This document shows positions 39,766 through 50,394 of a DNA stretch of 64,000 bases, piece after piece; the first letter of the stretch is position 1, and each line of letters opens with the position of its first letter. The notes beneath the pieces were generated by a model that saw only the letters and a program-made list of their open reading frames with translations, was not told the DNA's origin and made no database searches. The position numbers and the translations under genes were made by a program. Source of the DNA: an uncultured Acidobacteriota bacterium (GTDB lineage Bacteria > Acidobacteriota > Thermoanaerobaculia > UBA5066); contig CAVZYA010000001.1 of the NCBI GenBank assembly GCA_963779415.1, positions 1,728,001 to 1,792,000 of the forward strand, given 5' to 3'.

Positions 39766-41640
39766 ATGAGCAGCGAAGTCCCGGCGATCCGGCCGTTCGG
39801 GCCGTACCTTCTCCTCCGGAACACCGGAGCCGACGTCCTCGGGAAGCTCTACCGGGCGGGGACTCTCGGCCAGCCTGGCCTCAGGCCGCTCCTTCACCTC
39901 CGCGTCTTTGACGGCCCTGCCGTGGACCGTGGCGCGCTTCTCAAAGCCATGGAACAGACGGTCGACGTCCTGGAGGGGGTGGTCGGCCCTTCCGTTGCGG
40001 CGGGCGCCGTCCTCGGCTCCGTGGACGATCTGCCCATCGCCGGCGTCGACGTCCCCCCGGGGCAGGCCCTCGACGCCGTCCTCGCGGCGGGAAGCGGCGG
40101 CGGAGGCTTCACGCCGGAGCAGGCGCTCTCCATGACCGAGCGGATCCTCGCGGCGCTCAGTGCGGCCCGGCCCGTCGCGCTCGTCGCCGAGGCGCCGCAC
40201 GGCTTCCTCGTCCCCTCGTTCGTCCTCCTCTCTTACGACGGCGAGGTCCGTCTCTTCGGTTTCGGGCTCGGGCCGGGGCTTCTCCCGACCCTCCGGGATC
40301 CGAAGGCCCGCGAGGCTCTCGCGCCGTACATGGCCCCGGAGGTGCTCGCCTCCGGCAGGCCGTCGCCGGCCGGTGACGTCTACTCGGCTGCCGCGATCCT
40401 CTTCGAGGCGCTGACGGGGCGCCCGCCGGAGGCCGGAGCCGCCGAAGCGAACATCGAGACCGCCCTTCTCGCCGAAGGAGGAGCGCCGCTTCCCGAGCCG
40501 ATCCGTCAGTTGCTCCGCCGCGGACTCGCATCCGACCCGGCGCGGCGTGAGGCCGAGCCCGACTCCTACCGGACCGCGGTCGGTGCGCTGGACTACGGCG
40601 AGAACGTCTCTTCCTCCACCTTCAGCCTCGCGTTTTTCATGCAGCGACGATTCGAACGGACGATCCGGACGGAGGCGCGCCAGCGCGAGGCCGAAGAACG
40701 GCTGGCCGCATCGCGGCCTGCCGCGATCGAACCCCGCCCGGCGGCACAGGCCCGTCCCTCCCTCGCCGCACCCCGCGCGCGCGCACCCTCCGCACCGGCC
40801 CCGCGGCCGGCACCGAAGGAAGCGGCTCCCGTCCGGACCGTCGCGCCCTCTGCCCCGAAAAGCCCGCCGTCGGGCTATCCGCTCCCGATCATCGTCCTCG
40901 GCGTCGTCTTCGTCCTCGCGATCGCCGGCCTCTGGTTCTGGAAGTTCCGGCAGGGCGCCGTACCCGCGCCGGCCCCCGTCGCCGCGCCGACGCCGGCCCC
41001 AACGGCCCCGCCCGCTCCCCCCGCGCCGGTCGTCGTCGGCAAGGAGGACCCGCTCTTTCAGGCTGCGGTACAGGCCCGCCTCGAGGAGGAGCTGAAGAAG
41101 CGCGAGCGGCTGCGCACGGCCGAGCAGGAGAAGGAGCAGAAGAAGAAGCAGGCCGGCGTGGATCGCGCCGCCGAGGAAGCCCGAAAGGCACAGGAAGCCG
41201 AGGACGCCGCGCGCGCCGCCCGTGACCGGAACGATCGCCAGGAGGCCCTGCGCCTCGCCAGGGAAGCCCAGGAGGCCCGGCGCCGGGCCGACGAGGCGGC
41301 CGCCGCCGCTGCCAAGGCCGCCGTCCCGACGGTCCGGGAAGGCGACCTCGTGGAGATCACGCAGGTGGATGTCGTACCGGCCGTCGTCTCCACCGTCCAC
41401 CCCGACGTGCCGACGCTCGCGAAGCGCATGAAGGTCGGCGGAACCGTGCTGCTGCGCGTCCTCGTGACCGAATCCGGTCAGACTGCCGAGGTCGAGATCC
41501 TCCGCGACACGGCTCCCCGGGTCGGCCTCGGGGAGAGCGCCAAGGCGGCCGTGGAGAAATGGACGTGGACCCCGGCCATGAAGGACGGCAAGAAGGTCCG
41601 CACGTGGACCACGGTCCCCATCCCCTTCGTCGTCCAGTAG
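39766..41640 (+). CDS. Pseudokinase - TM - helical linker - TonB C-terminal domain fusion
   Basis: Kinase fold with HGFLVPSFV, FGFG, YMAPE, DVYS; TM helix; Ala/Glu/Arg coil; GTVLLRVLV..AVEKWTWTPAMKDG. Confidence 0.8.
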   Translation: MSSEVPAIRPFGPYLLLRNTGADVLGKLYRAGTLGQPGLRPLLHLRVFDGPAVDRGALLKAMEQTVDVLEGVVGPSVAAGAVLGSVDDLPIAGVDVPPGQALDAVLAAGSGGGGFTPEQALSMTERILAALSAARPVALVAEAPHGFLVPSFVLLSYDGEVRLFGFGLGPGLLPTLRDPKAREALAPYMAPEVLASGRPSPAGDVYSAAAILFEALTGRPPEAGAAEANIETALLAEGGAPLPEPIRQLLRRGLASDPARREAEPDSYRTAVGALDYGENVSSSTFSLAFFMQRRFERTIRTEARQREAEERLAASRPAAIEPRPAAQARPSLAAPRARAPSAPAPRPAPKEAAPVRTVAPSAPKSPPSGYPLPIIVLGVVFVLAIAGLWFWKFRQGAVPAPAPVAAPTPAPTAPPAPPAPVVVGKEDPLFQAAVQARLEEELKKRERLRTAEQEKEQKKKQAGVDRAAEEARKAQEAEDAARAARDRNDRQEALRLAREAQEARRRADEAAAAAAKAAVPTVREGDLVEITQVDVVPAVVSTVHPDVPTLAKRMKVGGTVLLRVLVTESGQTAEVEILRDTAPRVGLGESAKAAVEKWTWTPAMKDGKKVRTWTTVPIPFVVQ

Positions 41641-41646
41641 GCGGCG

Positions 41647-42858
41647 TTACTTCGATCCGGCCGGCTTCGGAAGGGGGAGCCCCTTCCCGCCGAGGTACGT
41701 CCGTCGGAGGAACTCCTCCATCAGCGGGTCCGCGAACCAGGAGACGGCCACGCCGTCGATGAAGTAGGTCGGCGTCGCCCGGACGCGAACGAACCAGCCT
41801 TCCGACATGTCGGCGAAGATCTTCTCGTCGGTCTTCGCCTGCAGATAACACCCCTTGAAGTACGCCTCGGGGACGCCGTTGTCGACCGCGAACGCGAGCG
41901 AGAAGGCGTCCACCGCCGCGACGTTCATCTCGTCCTGCCGGGCGTAGATGTTCGACTTGTACCGGAAATAGAGCTCCGGGCTCCGTTCGAAGAAGCAGCG
42001 TCCGGCCGAAGCGGCGCGGAAGGCCCAGGGATGCGAGTCCGTGAGGGGAAAGCTCTTGATATAACGCCGGATCTTCAGCTCTCCCGCGAGCTTCGCCTGC
42101 AGGGTGTCCCAGTCGCTAGTCCGCCTCTTGCACGAGGGGCACTCCATGTCGGAGAACTCGACCACGGTCACGCGCGCGTCCGGGGGCCCCACCGCGGGGG
42201 TGTCCGCCAGCTTGAGGATCTCGCGCCGCTGCTCGGCCACGGTACGGTTCCGGTCCCAGAAGTGCCCGAGGAAGAGGACGGCACCGTCCCGCGCCGAGAT
42301 GTAGGCGGGGATCGAGTATTCCCCGTACCCCGTCTCGCGCCGGATGGCGATCCCCTTCCACTCCTTCCGGTCGAGGGACGGCTCGAGCGTGAGGCGGGGC
42401 GTGCCGGGAAAGTACCGCTTGAGAAGTTCGCTCATGTTCGCGAGGTCGGCGTTCGTCCGGACGGGGACCGGGTTCTTGAGGCGCGCCTCGTCTCCGATCG
42501 CGTCGCCGACGAGGACGCCCTTTCCCCCCTCCTCGACCGCCGCGAAGAGCTGATCCGCCATCTTGGTTTCGATGCTGAAGCTCTTCTCGGCGCGGTAGAC
42601 CCGGTAACCCGGGACCTTGATGAGGGTCACTTCCTCGAGCTTCGACTCGCCGGGGCCCCACGGGAAGAACGTCTCGAGCCACGAAAGCAGCGGGTCCGCC
42701 TTCGCCTCGACGGCCTTTGCGGCCGCGTCCTTCGGCCGCGCGGGCTCCTGAGCGGCATGGAGGGCACCGGCGGCGATCAGCATGAAAGACGCGAGGGCAA
42801 CGCGCAGACGCGGCGGCTTCTTTTCGGTCGACATTCTCCGGATTGTACGGGGCATCAC
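41647..42858 (-). CDS. DsbA/thioredoxin-domain exported protein
   Basis: VTVVEFSDMECPSC, HPWA, TPTYFIDG. Confidence 0.85.
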   Translation of the reverse strand: MMPRTIRRMSTEKKPPRLRVALASFMLIAAGALHAAQEPARPKDAAAKAVEAKADPLLSWLETFFPWGPGESKLEEVTLIKVPGYRVYRAEKSFSIETKMADQLFAAVEEGGKGVLVGDAIGDEARLKNPVPVRTNADLANMSELLKRYFPGTPRLTLEPSLDRKEWKGIAIRRETGYGEYSIPAYISARDGAVLFLGHFWDRNRTVAEQRREILKLADTPAVGPPDARVTVVEFSDMECPSCKRRTSDWDTLQAKLAGELKIRRYIKSFPLTDSHPWAFRAASAGRCFFERSPELYFRYKSNIYARQDEMNVAAVDAFSLAFAVDNGVPEAYFKGCYLQAKTDEKIFADMSEGWFVRVRATPTYFIDGVAVSWFADPLMEEFLRRTYLGGKGLPLPKPAGSK

Positions 42859-42877
42859 CGGGAGACCCCGGACGCCC

Positions 42878-43408
42878 CTATCCGTCTTCGCTCTTGAGCC
42901 GGATCAGAACCTCTCCGGCGCTCACGGCCTGGCCCGGGGCGACGGCGATGGCCTCGACGACGCCGTCCCGGGGAGCCTTCACCTCGTTTTCCATTTTCAT
43001 CGCCTCGAGGACGAGGAGAGGTTCTCCCGCCGTGACCAGCTGGCCGGCCGCGACGGCGACACGCAGGACGCGCCCCGGCATCGCGGCGCTCACGACGTTT
43101 CCTTTTTTCGACCGGCCTCGGCCACCCGTGGCCGCCGCCCGCGCCGTCAGCTCGTCCTTGAGGTCGAAGGCGGCGCGCGCGTTGCCGAACCGGGCCGCGA
43201 CTTCGCCGTCCGGAGCCGGTTCGAGGCTCACCTCCCACTGACTTCCGTCCTCGAAGACGAGCGACCAGATCCCCGGGCGGATGAGCGCCGCCTCGCCCGA
43301 GAGGAGGCGTCCTTCCACGAGGACGCGAAACTCCGGGGCCGTCGCCGCCACCTCGACCGGACACGTGGAGCCGGCGGCATCACCGGAAAAGCGAGCCTGA
43401 AATTTCAT
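42878..43408 (-). CDS. Biotin carboxyl carrier subunit
   Basis: MPGRV, LEAMKMEN. Confidence 0.93.
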   Translation of the reverse strand: MKFQARFSGDAAGSTCPVEVAATAPEFRVLVEGRLLSGEAALIRPGIWSLVFEDGSQWEVSLEPAPDGEVAARFGNARAAFDLKDELTARAAATGGRGRSKKGNVVSAAMPGRVLRVAVAAGQLVTAGEPLLVLEAMKMENEVKAPRDGVVEAIAVAPGQAVSAGEVLIRLKSEDG

Positions 43409-44904
43409 TCCCTCACCCCGAAGGTCGGCCGCGCCGTCCGCCACGGCGAGAGGCCGCGGGACTCACCGGCGGCGGACGGGCGCGTCGACCGCGCCCCCTC
43501 GGAGGCATCCAGCGCGGCGGCCACGAGCGCGACCGTCCGCTCGTCGTTCGTCTCGGGACGCCGCCGGTAGCTCCAGCGGTCGAGAAACTGCGTGGACACG
43601 CGGTTGACGAGGTAGTCCGGGTCTTCCAGCATCGCGAGGAAGAACGGAATCGACGTTTCGATCCCCTCGACTCGCGCCTCCAGAAGGACGCGCCGCCCCC
43701 GCCGGATCGCCTCGCCCCGGTCCTTCCCCCAGACGACGAACTTCGCGAGCATCGGGTCGTAGTCGAGAGGGACGACGTCTCCTTCCTCGACGCCCGAGTC
43801 GACGCGGACCCCGGGCCCCTGCGGCCGGCGGAGGCGTCGGATCTTCCCGGGTGACGGCGCGAAGCCGCGGGCGGGATCCTCGGCGTAGATCCGGAACTGA
43901 AGGGCGTGGCCCCGGGGCTCCGGGCGCCGGTCGATCGACATCGGCTCGCCACGGGCGATCCGGATCATCTCCGCGACGAGGTCGACGCCGTAGACGACCT
44001 CCGTGACCGGGTGCTCGACCTGGATCCTCGTGTTCATCTCGAGGAAATAGAAGTGCCCGTCCGGGGCGAGGAGGAACTCCACCGTACCGGCCGAAACGTA
44101 GTCGGCGGCCTTCGCGGCGGCCACGGCGACCGCTTCCATCTTCGCTCGAAGCTCCGGCGTCACGGCCGCGGAGGGGCACTCCTCCAGCACCTTCTGGTGC
44201 CGGCGCTGCAGGGAACACTCCCTCTCGCCGAGGGCGATCACCTTCCCCGTACGATCCCCGAGGACCTGCACCTCGATGTGGCGCGGGTTCTCGACGAAGA
44301 GCTCCGCGTAGACGGCGGAATCGGCGAAGTAGGACTTTGCCTCGCTTCGCGCCCGCTCGAACGCCGCCGGAACCTCGTCGGCGCTCCGGACGACGCGCAT
44401 CCCCTTGCCGCCCCCTCCGGCCGCCGCCTTCAGGAGGAGAGGAAAGCCGTTCTTCTTTCCGAAGGTGACGATCTCGTGCGCGTCCTTTGCGGGCGTCGTC
44501 ATGCCGGGCACGACCGGCACCCCGGCGGCCATGACCTTCGCGCGCGACGCGGTCTTCGAGCCCATCGCCGAGATCGAAGCCGGGGACGGGCCGACCCAGA
44601 CGAGCCCGGCGTCGATCACCATCTGGGCGAAGGCGGCGTTCTCCGCGAGGAACCCGTAGCCGGGGTGGACGAACGAGGCACCGGTCTTCTTCGCGGCCGC
44701 GATCAGCTTCTCGGCCACGAGGTACGACTCGCGCGCGGGGGGCGGCCCGATGTGGACCGCGGCATCGGCGAGACGGACGTGAAGGGCGCGGCGGTCGGTG
44801 TCGGAGTAGACGGCGACGGGCGAGATATCGAGATCCCGGCAGGCCCGGATGATCCGGACGGCAATCTCGCCGCGGTTGGCAATCAGAAGGCGAGGTCGGT
44901 TCAT
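43405..44904 (-). CDS. accC: Biotin carboxylase subunit (acetyl/propionyl-CoA carboxylase)
   Basis: IANRGEIA, HPGYGFLAEN, GGGGKGMR, EMNTRIQVEH. Confidence 0.93.
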   Translation of the reverse strand: MNRPRLLIANRGEIAVRIIRACRDLDISPVAVYSDTDRRALHVRLADAAVHIGPPPARESYLVAEKLIAAAKKTGASFVHPGYGFLAENAAFAQMVIDAGLVWVGPSPASISAMGSKTASRAKVMAAGVPVVPGMTTPAKDAHEIVTFGKKNGFPLLLKAAAGGGGKGMRVVRSADEVPAAFERARSEAKSYFADSAVYAELFVENPRHIEVQVLGDRTGKVIALGERECSLQRRHQKVLEECPSAAVTPELRAKMEAVAVAAAKAADYVSAGTVEFLLAPDGHFYFLEMNTRIQVEHPVTEVVYGVDLVAEMIRIARGEPMSIDRRPEPRGHALQFRIYAEDPARGFAPSPGKIRRLRRPQGPGVRVDSGVEEGDVVPLDYDPMLAKFVVWGKDRGEAIRRGRRVLLEARVEGIETSIPFFLAMLEDPDYLVNRVSTQFLDRWSYRRRPETNDERTVALVAAALDASEGARSTRPSAAGESRGLSPWRTARPTFGVRE

Positions 44905-44922
44905 AAGCAGTCCAGGGGGGGC

Positions 44923-44975
44923 CGGGGGGTGCGTACCCGGCGCAGCCCGAACCCCGAGAGGCGTCGCACCCCCCG
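44923..44975. repeat. REP-like palindrome, copy 2 (opposite orientation)
   Basis: cggggggtgcg...cgcaccccccg 11-bp inverted repeat; flanks match the 30248-30313 copy. Confidence 0.7.
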
Positions 44976-44980
44976 AATGT

Positions 44981-46540
44981 TCATAGCGGAATGTTCCCGT
45001 GTTTCTTGGGCGGCATCGAGTCGCGCTTGTTGCCGAGCGCGTCGAGGGCGCGGATGAGCCGGCGCCGCGTCGACCGGGGCTCGATCACGTCGTCGATGTA
45101 GCCCTTCCGCGCCGCGATGAACGGGTTCGCGAATTTCTCTTCGTACTCGGTCACCTTCTCGCGGCGCAGCTCGACGGGGTCCGGCGCCGCGGCGATCTCT
45201 TTCCCGTACAGGATGTTCACGGCCCCCTCCGGGCCCATCACGGCGATCTCGGCCGTCGGGAACGCGACGTTGAAGTCGGTCCGGATGTGCTTGGAAGCCA
45301 TCACGCAGTACGCGCCGCCGTACGCCTTCCGGGTAATGACGGTCAGCTTCGGAACCGTCGCCTCGGCGAAGGCGAAGAGAAGCTTCGCACCGTGCCGGAT
45401 GATCCCGCCGAACTCCTGCTTCGTCCCGGGGAGGAAGCCGGGGACGTCCTCGAAGACGACGAGCGGTACGTTGAAGGCGTCGCAGAAGCGGACGAACCGC
45501 GCGCCCTTGTCCGACGAATCGATGTCGAGGACCCCGGCGAGGTGGTCCGGCTGGTTCGCGACGACGCCGACGGGCCGCCCGCCGAGCCGCGCGAAGCCGA
45601 CGACGATGTTCTTCGCCCAGTCCGCGTGGATCTCGAAGAGGTCGCCGTCGTCGACGACCTTCCGGATGAGCGTCGTCATGTCGTACGGCTGGTTCGGCGA
45701 CGCCGGAATGAACGTGTCCAGCTCGGGGATCTCCCGGTCCACCGGATCCGAGACCGGGCGCCGCGGCGGGTCCTCGCGGTTGTTGAGCGGGAGGAAGGAG
45801 AGGAGCGTCCGGATCTTGAGGAGGCAGTCGGCGTCGCTGTCGGCGACGAGGTTCGCGACCCCCGACGTCCCGGCGTGCGTGTCGGCGCCGCCGAGCTCCT
45901 CCTTCGTCACGTCCTCGTGAGTGACCGTCTTGATGACGTCCGGCCCCGTGACGAACATCGAGCTCGTCCCGCGCACCATCACGATGAAGTCCGTGATGGC
46001 CGGCGAGTAGACCGCGCCCCCGGCGCACGGGCCGAGGATCGCGGAGATCTGGGGGATGACCCCCGACGCGAGGGTGTTGCGGAGGAAGATGTCGGCGTAG
46101 CCCGCGAGCGAGTCGACGCCTTCCTGGATCCGCGCCCCCCCCGAGTCGTTCAGGCCGACGACCGGCGCGCCGACCTTCATCGCGAGGTCCATGATCTTGC
46201 AGATCTTCAAGGCGTTCGTCTCCGACAGCGAGCCGCCGAAAACCGTGAAATCCTGGGCGAAGACGAAGACCGTGCGCCCCTCGACACGGATGCTTCCCGC
46301 CACGACGCCGTCGCCCGGAATCAGGTTGGCCGGCGCCCCCATTCCGAAGTCGCGGCACTGGTGGATGACGAAGGGGTCGATCTCCTCGAACGACCCCGGA
46401 TCCGCGAGGAGCTCGACGCGCTCACGTGCGGAGAGCTTTCCGGCGGCATGCTGCTTCCTGAGCCGCTCCACCCCGCCTCCCCCGCGGGAGGCGGCCCGGA
46501 GCTCGGCGAGTCGTTCGAGTTTCGTTTCGATCGTCGTCAC
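44981..46540 (-). CDS. pccB: Acyl-CoA carboxylase carboxyltransferase beta subunit
   Basis: [43 protein letters not shown]. Confidence 0.95.
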   Translation of the reverse strand: MTTIETKLERLAELRAASRGGGGVERLRKQHAAGKLSARERVELLADPGSFEEIDPFVIHQCRDFGMGAPANLIPGDGVVAGSIRVEGRTVFVFAQDFTVFGGSLSETNALKICKIMDLAMKVGAPVVGLNDSGGARIQEGVDSLAGYADIFLRNTLASGVIPQISAILGPCAGGAVYSPAITDFIVMVRGTSSMFVTGPDVIKTVTHEDVTKEELGGADTHAGTSGVANLVADSDADCLLKIRTLLSFLPLNNREDPPRRPVSDPVDREIPELDTFIPASPNQPYDMTTLIRKVVDDGDLFEIHADWAKNIVVGFARLGGRPVGVVANQPDHLAGVLDIDSSDKGARFVRFCDAFNVPLVVFEDVPGFLPGTKQEFGGIIRHGAKLLFAFAEATVPKLTVITRKAYGGAYCVMASKHIRTDFNVAFPTAEIAVMGPEGAVNILYGKEIAAAPDPVELRREKVTEYEEKFANPFIAARKGYIDDVIEPRSTRRRLIRALDALGNKRDSMPPKKHGNIPL

Positions 46541-46554
46541 GGTGCGCCCTTCTG

Positions 46555-46833
46555 CTACAGCGGGATCTTCTTCTTCTCCGCGAGCATCCTCTTCGCTTTC
46601 CGAAACATCTCCGCGTAGTCGACGTTCTGCACGCGGAGCGCCGCGGCGTTCTTCTGGAGGACTGCCTTCACCTCGTCGTCCAGCTGCCGCTCGCGCTCCC
46701 GGTCGAAGACGAGAACGGCCTCCAGCGCCCGCCGGAGCTCCGCCGGAGCCGCCGTCCGGACGAGGCCCTCGGCCAGAAGGCGCCTCGCGACGAAGGCCGC
46801 CTGCGCGCGCATACGCGTGTCGGAGAGCGCCAT
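46555..46833 (-). CDS. DUF507 family protein
   Basis: [27 protein letters not shown]. Confidence 0.75.
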   Translation of the reverse strand: MALSDTRMRAQAAFVARRLLAEGLVRTAAPAELRRALEAVLVFDRERERQLDDEVKAVLQKNAAALRVQNVDYAEMFRKAKRMLAEKKKIPL

Positions 46834-46881
46834 GTGCCGGAAGGATAGCGGAAGTCCGGGGGCCTCCTACAATCCCCCAGA

Positions 46882-48237
46882 TTGCTCAGGGCCGATCTCG
46901 AGCTCGCCGAGGACGCCGACGACGCGATCCGCATCGTCTCCGGGCTCCTGCGCCGCGCCGACCACGGGGAGGCGTTTCGCGAGCGGCGGACCGCCGTCGC
47001 GTGGAGCGCCACGGAGGCCGGGCTTCAGACTCCGTCCGTCTCCGAGGAGCGGGGAACGGCCGTCCGGATCCGCTCGGGGCGCGAGGCGCTTCTCTTCGCC
47101 CGCGAGGGTGACGGTCCCGAGTCGCTTCGTGAGGCCGTGCGGGACGCCTCCCGACGCGTCGGAGGCGCGCCGTTCTTGAAGGCCCGCCTCGGCACGCAGA
47201 GAATGCCCTCCGGAGCGCGGACCGGCGTGGCGGAGAGCGAGACCGCTCTCCTGTCGTCCGCCCTCGCGCGCGCCCTCCCCGACCCGCGGGGCCTCTCGCT
47301 GGAGCTGACCGTCTCCCGCGTCTCGGTGACCCGAGCCGTCATCACTTCCCGCGACGTCCACCTCTGCGGCACGACGGCAAGGCTCGTGGCTTCCGGTCTC
47401 GTCCGGCGCGCCTCGGGATCGCGTCCCTTCGCGTTCCAGTCGGCCGAGCCGTACCCCAAGGCGATCGACGCGCTCGCGAGCGCCCTCAAAGCGGCGGCAC
47501 GGCCGGTCGCGACCGCCCCCCCGCCCGAAGGACCGGTCGGCGTCGTTCTCTCTCCGGCGGCGGCCTCGGTCTTCTGGCACGAGGTCGTCGGCCATCCGCT
47601 GGAGGCCGACGGCGGCCGGCGTCACTCCGCTCTGGCGCGCGTCGCGAGCGCGTCCGTGGCCCCTCCGGGCCTCGACGTCACCGACGATCCCACGCCGCCG
47701 CAGCTGCCGGGGAGCTTCCGGTACGACGACGAAGGGACTCCGGCACGTCGTGTTCCCCTCATCGAAGACGGGCGCGTCGTCGGGTTTCTGACGGATCGCC
47801 GGACGGGAGGGGACGAATCGAACGGGCATGGCCGGGCCGCCGACTACCGCCGGCCGCCGCGGCCTCGACTCTCGAATCTCGTGGTCGCGCCGGGTGACGC
47901 GTCCCTCCCGGAGCTTCTCGAGCGGTGCGGAACGGGACTCCTCGTGCATGAAATCGCCGCGGGAAGCCTCGAGCCGGAGTCGGGGCGCTTCCTTCTCCTC
48001 GTGGTCGCCGCCGAGAGCGTCCGGCGCGGCCGGGTCGCCGCGCCGGTAGCCCCCTTCGCCCTCTCGGGCGACGTCCTCTCCGCGCTCCGCCACCTCGACG
48101 CCGCCCGCGGCGACACGGCATTCCCGGCGGAAGGGCTCGGCCTCTGTCTGAAGGGGGGCGAGGCGGTGCCGGTCGGCGGCATCTCGCCGGCGATCCTCCT
48201 GCACGGGCTCCGCGTCTCGCCGGGGCGCTCCGGATGA
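46882..48237 (+). CDS. tldD: TldD-like metalloprotease
   Basis: [39 protein letters not shown]. Confidence 0.85.
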   Translation: MLRADLELAEDADDAIRIVSGLLRRADHGEAFRERRTAVAWSATEAGLQTPSVSEERGTAVRIRSGREALLFAREGDGPESLREAVRDASRRVGGAPFLKARLGTQRMPSGARTGVAESETALLSSALARALPDPRGLSLELTVSRVSVTRAVITSRDVHLCGTTARLVASGLVRRASGSRPFAFQSAEPYPKAIDALASALKAAARPVATAPPPEGPVGVVLSPAAASVFWHEVVGHPLEADGGRRHSALARVASASVAPPGLDVTDDPTPPQLPGSFRYDDEGTPARRVPLIEDGRVVGFLTDRRTGGDESNGHGRAADYRRPPRPRLSNLVVAPGDASLPELLERCGTGLLVHEIAAGSLEPESGRFLLLVVAAESVRRGRVAAPVAPFALSGDVLSALRHLDAARGDTAFPAEGLGLCLKGGEAVPVGGISPAILLHGLRVSPGRSG

Positions 48238-49592
48238 GGTCCGAACCGATGCGCGACGACGACCTCTTCGAAGCCCTCTTCTCCCGCGCGGCGCGCCAGA
48301 CGGCCCGCGAAGGGGAGAGCGCCGAGCTCTACGAGAGACGCGGCGCCCTCCTCGAGATCTCGGAGGACGAGGAGGGCTCGCGCCTTCTCGTCTCGCACGA
48401 GAGAGGATTCGCCCTCCGCCTCTTCCGGAGCGGCCGGTCGGCGTTCGGCGCGGCGACCCCGGAGGCCGCCGAGTCGCTCGTCGAGAGCGCCCGGGAGGCT
48501 CTCCCGCGGGCACGCGCCCGGCGCGGGGCCCGCGCCGCGCCCCCCGTCCCCGGAGACCAGGAGACACCCTCCGCGGGCGGCGCTCCCGCGCTCCCGGAGG
48601 AGGCGCCGGCGCGGGAGATCCTCGCCGCATTTCGCCGGTACGTGACCGCGGTCGGTGAGGGTGCCGCCGTACTCACGGCCGCGAGCGTCTCGCTCGGGGA
48701 ACGAATCGAGCGGGTCGCGACGACGGCCGGCCGGGACGCGGTCTGGAAGAGCCGCGCCGCCTCGCTCGTGGCGACCGTCATCGGCCGGAGCGGCGCGGAC
48801 AGGTTCTCGGCCCGCGTCGTCGCCACCGCCGCTCGCCCCGAGGAGCTTCCGCTCGCGCGTCTCGCCCGATACGCCGTCGACCGGGCACTCCTTCCCCTGC
48901 TCGGCCGCCCCCTCGACGGCTCCCGGCGCGATCTTCTTCTCGACGCCCACGTCGCCGCTCACGTCGTCGGGCGGCTGGCGCCGCTCTTTCTCGGCGACGA
49001 GGGTGCGGCACTCCTCGGAGCCCGAACGCGCGACTCCCGGGACCCTTTCGCCGCCCCCGCCGTCACGCTCGTGGACGACGCCGGCGTCTCCGGCGGTCCC
49101 GTCCGGACCCTCCGCGACGGAGAGGGGACGCCTCAGGAGCGCCACGTCGTCGTGGCGCACGGCGTTCCGGTCCTTCGCCTCTCGGACTGGGCCGAAGCGG
49201 CGCGGCACGGCACGGCCTCGACGGGAAACGCCGTCCGCCGCGCCTGGTCGGAGCCGCCCCTCCTCGGCGTCACGAACTTCTTCATCGACCCGGGCGGCGG
49301 GGTCGCCCCGCTCCAGCTCCTCTCCGGCGCGGCACGCGGGCTTTATGCGGCGGTCCTTCTCGAGCGCCCGTCCGTCGACGTCGCCGCCGACCGCTTCCGC
49401 CTCAACGTCGCGGGCTACTCGCTCGAGAAGGGGCGTGCCTCCGGCCGCGTTTCCGACGCCGTCGTGTCGGGCCGGATCTCCGAGTTTCTCAGGCGGATCG
49501 AAGCGGTCGGCGACGATCTCCGCTTCGTCTCCGGAGCCGGCGGCGGCGTCGGGTCGCCAACACTCTACGTCCCCCGCTGGAAGAGCGAGTGA
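48234..49592 (+). CDS. pmbA: PmbA/TldE-like protein
   Basis: TLVDD, DGEGTP, STGNA, TNFFI, VGDDL, GSPTL; coupled to tldD. Confidence 0.82.
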   Translation: MRSEPMRDDDLFEALFSRAARQTAREGESAELYERRGALLEISEDEEGSRLLVSHERGFALRLFRSGRSAFGAATPEAAESLVESAREALPRARARRGARAAPPVPGDQETPSAGGAPALPEEAPAREILAAFRRYVTAVGEGAAVLTAASVSLGERIERVATTAGRDAVWKSRAASLVATVIGRSGADRFSARVVATAARPEELPLARLARYAVDRALLPLLGRPLDGSRRDLLLDAHVAAHVVGRLAPLFLGDEGAALLGARTRDSRDPFAAPAVTLVDDAGVSGGPVRTLRDGEGTPQERHVVVAHGVPVLRLSDWAEAARHGTASTGNAVRRAWSEPPLLGVTNFFIDPGGGVAPLQLLSGAARGLYAAVLLERPSVDVAADRFRLNVAGYSLEKGRASGRVSDAVVSGRISEFLRRIEAVGDDLRFVSGAGGGVGSPTLYVPRWKSE

Positions 49593-49599
49593 GATCGGA

Positions 49600-50394
49600 T
49601 CAGGTTCGCGGCGGGTGAGGCGTGGGGGCGGGGGGAGCCGCGGCCGGTGCCGGCCGGGCTGCCATTGCCGGCTGAGGGGCCGCCATGTCGGAGGCCGAAG
49701 GCGCGGGTTTCCCCACGGCGGGAGGCGCGGGCGCCCGTGCGGGCCCCGGCGTGGGCGCGAGCGGCGCCGCGGGCGCCGCGGGACGGCTCCTCTGGAAGAA
49801 CGAGCCGACGCGGGCCGGATCCTCGAGCTGCTCCTGCTGCGCCATGGCGGCCTTGACGAGGCGGGAGTCGTACGTCTCGAGCAGGACGCGCCCCTTGAGC
49901 CTCGTCATCGCCGCGAACGGGTTCTTCCGGATGTCGTAGAGGGACGTGTCGACGATGATCGCGTGCTTGTAGGCGTCGACCGCCGCGTTCGTGTTTCCCA
50001 TCTGCTCTTCCGTCCAGCCGCGCATCCACCAGGCCTGGAAATTTCCCGGATCGCGCTTCGTCGCCTTCTTGAAGTCGCTCCGGGCCGTCGACCAGTTTCC
50101 CTTCAGGACCTGGACGAGGCCGGCATTGAAGAGCGGCTTGGAGTCCTTCGGGTCGAGGGTGGCCGCCTTCTCGAAGCTCTCGAGCGCGTTGGCGTACGTC
50201 CCGTTCCAGGCGAGAAGCGCCCCGAGATCGTTCTGGAGCGCGGCGTCGTTCGGGTTCTTCTCGACGAGGGCGAGCGTCTCCTTGATGGCCCGGTGAAGGG
50301 GAATCCCGTCGTCGAGCACGGCCTTGTAGCCTTCGTCGGCCCGGCCGATGCCGGAGAGAAGAAGCGGGAGGAGAAACGCGAGGAGCTTTCTCAT
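49600..50394 (-). CDS. Exported TPR-repeat protein with Pro/Ala tail
   Basis: Signal peptide, NDLGALL..FEKA..LDP, FNAGLV, AWWMRG. Confidence 0.8.
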   Translation of the reverse strand: MRKLLAFLLPLLLSGIGRADEGYKAVLDDGIPLHRAIKETLALVEKNPNDAALQNDLGALLAWNGTYANALESFEKAATLDPKDSKPLFNAGLVQVLKGNWSTARSDFKKATKRDPGNFQAWWMRGWTEEQMGNTNAAVDAYKHAIIVDTSLYDIRKNPFAAMTRLKGRVLLETYDSRLVKAAMAQQEQLEDPARVGSFFQRSRPAAPAAPLAPTPGPARAPAPPAVGKPAPSASDMAAPQPAMAARPAPAAAPPAPTPHPPRT

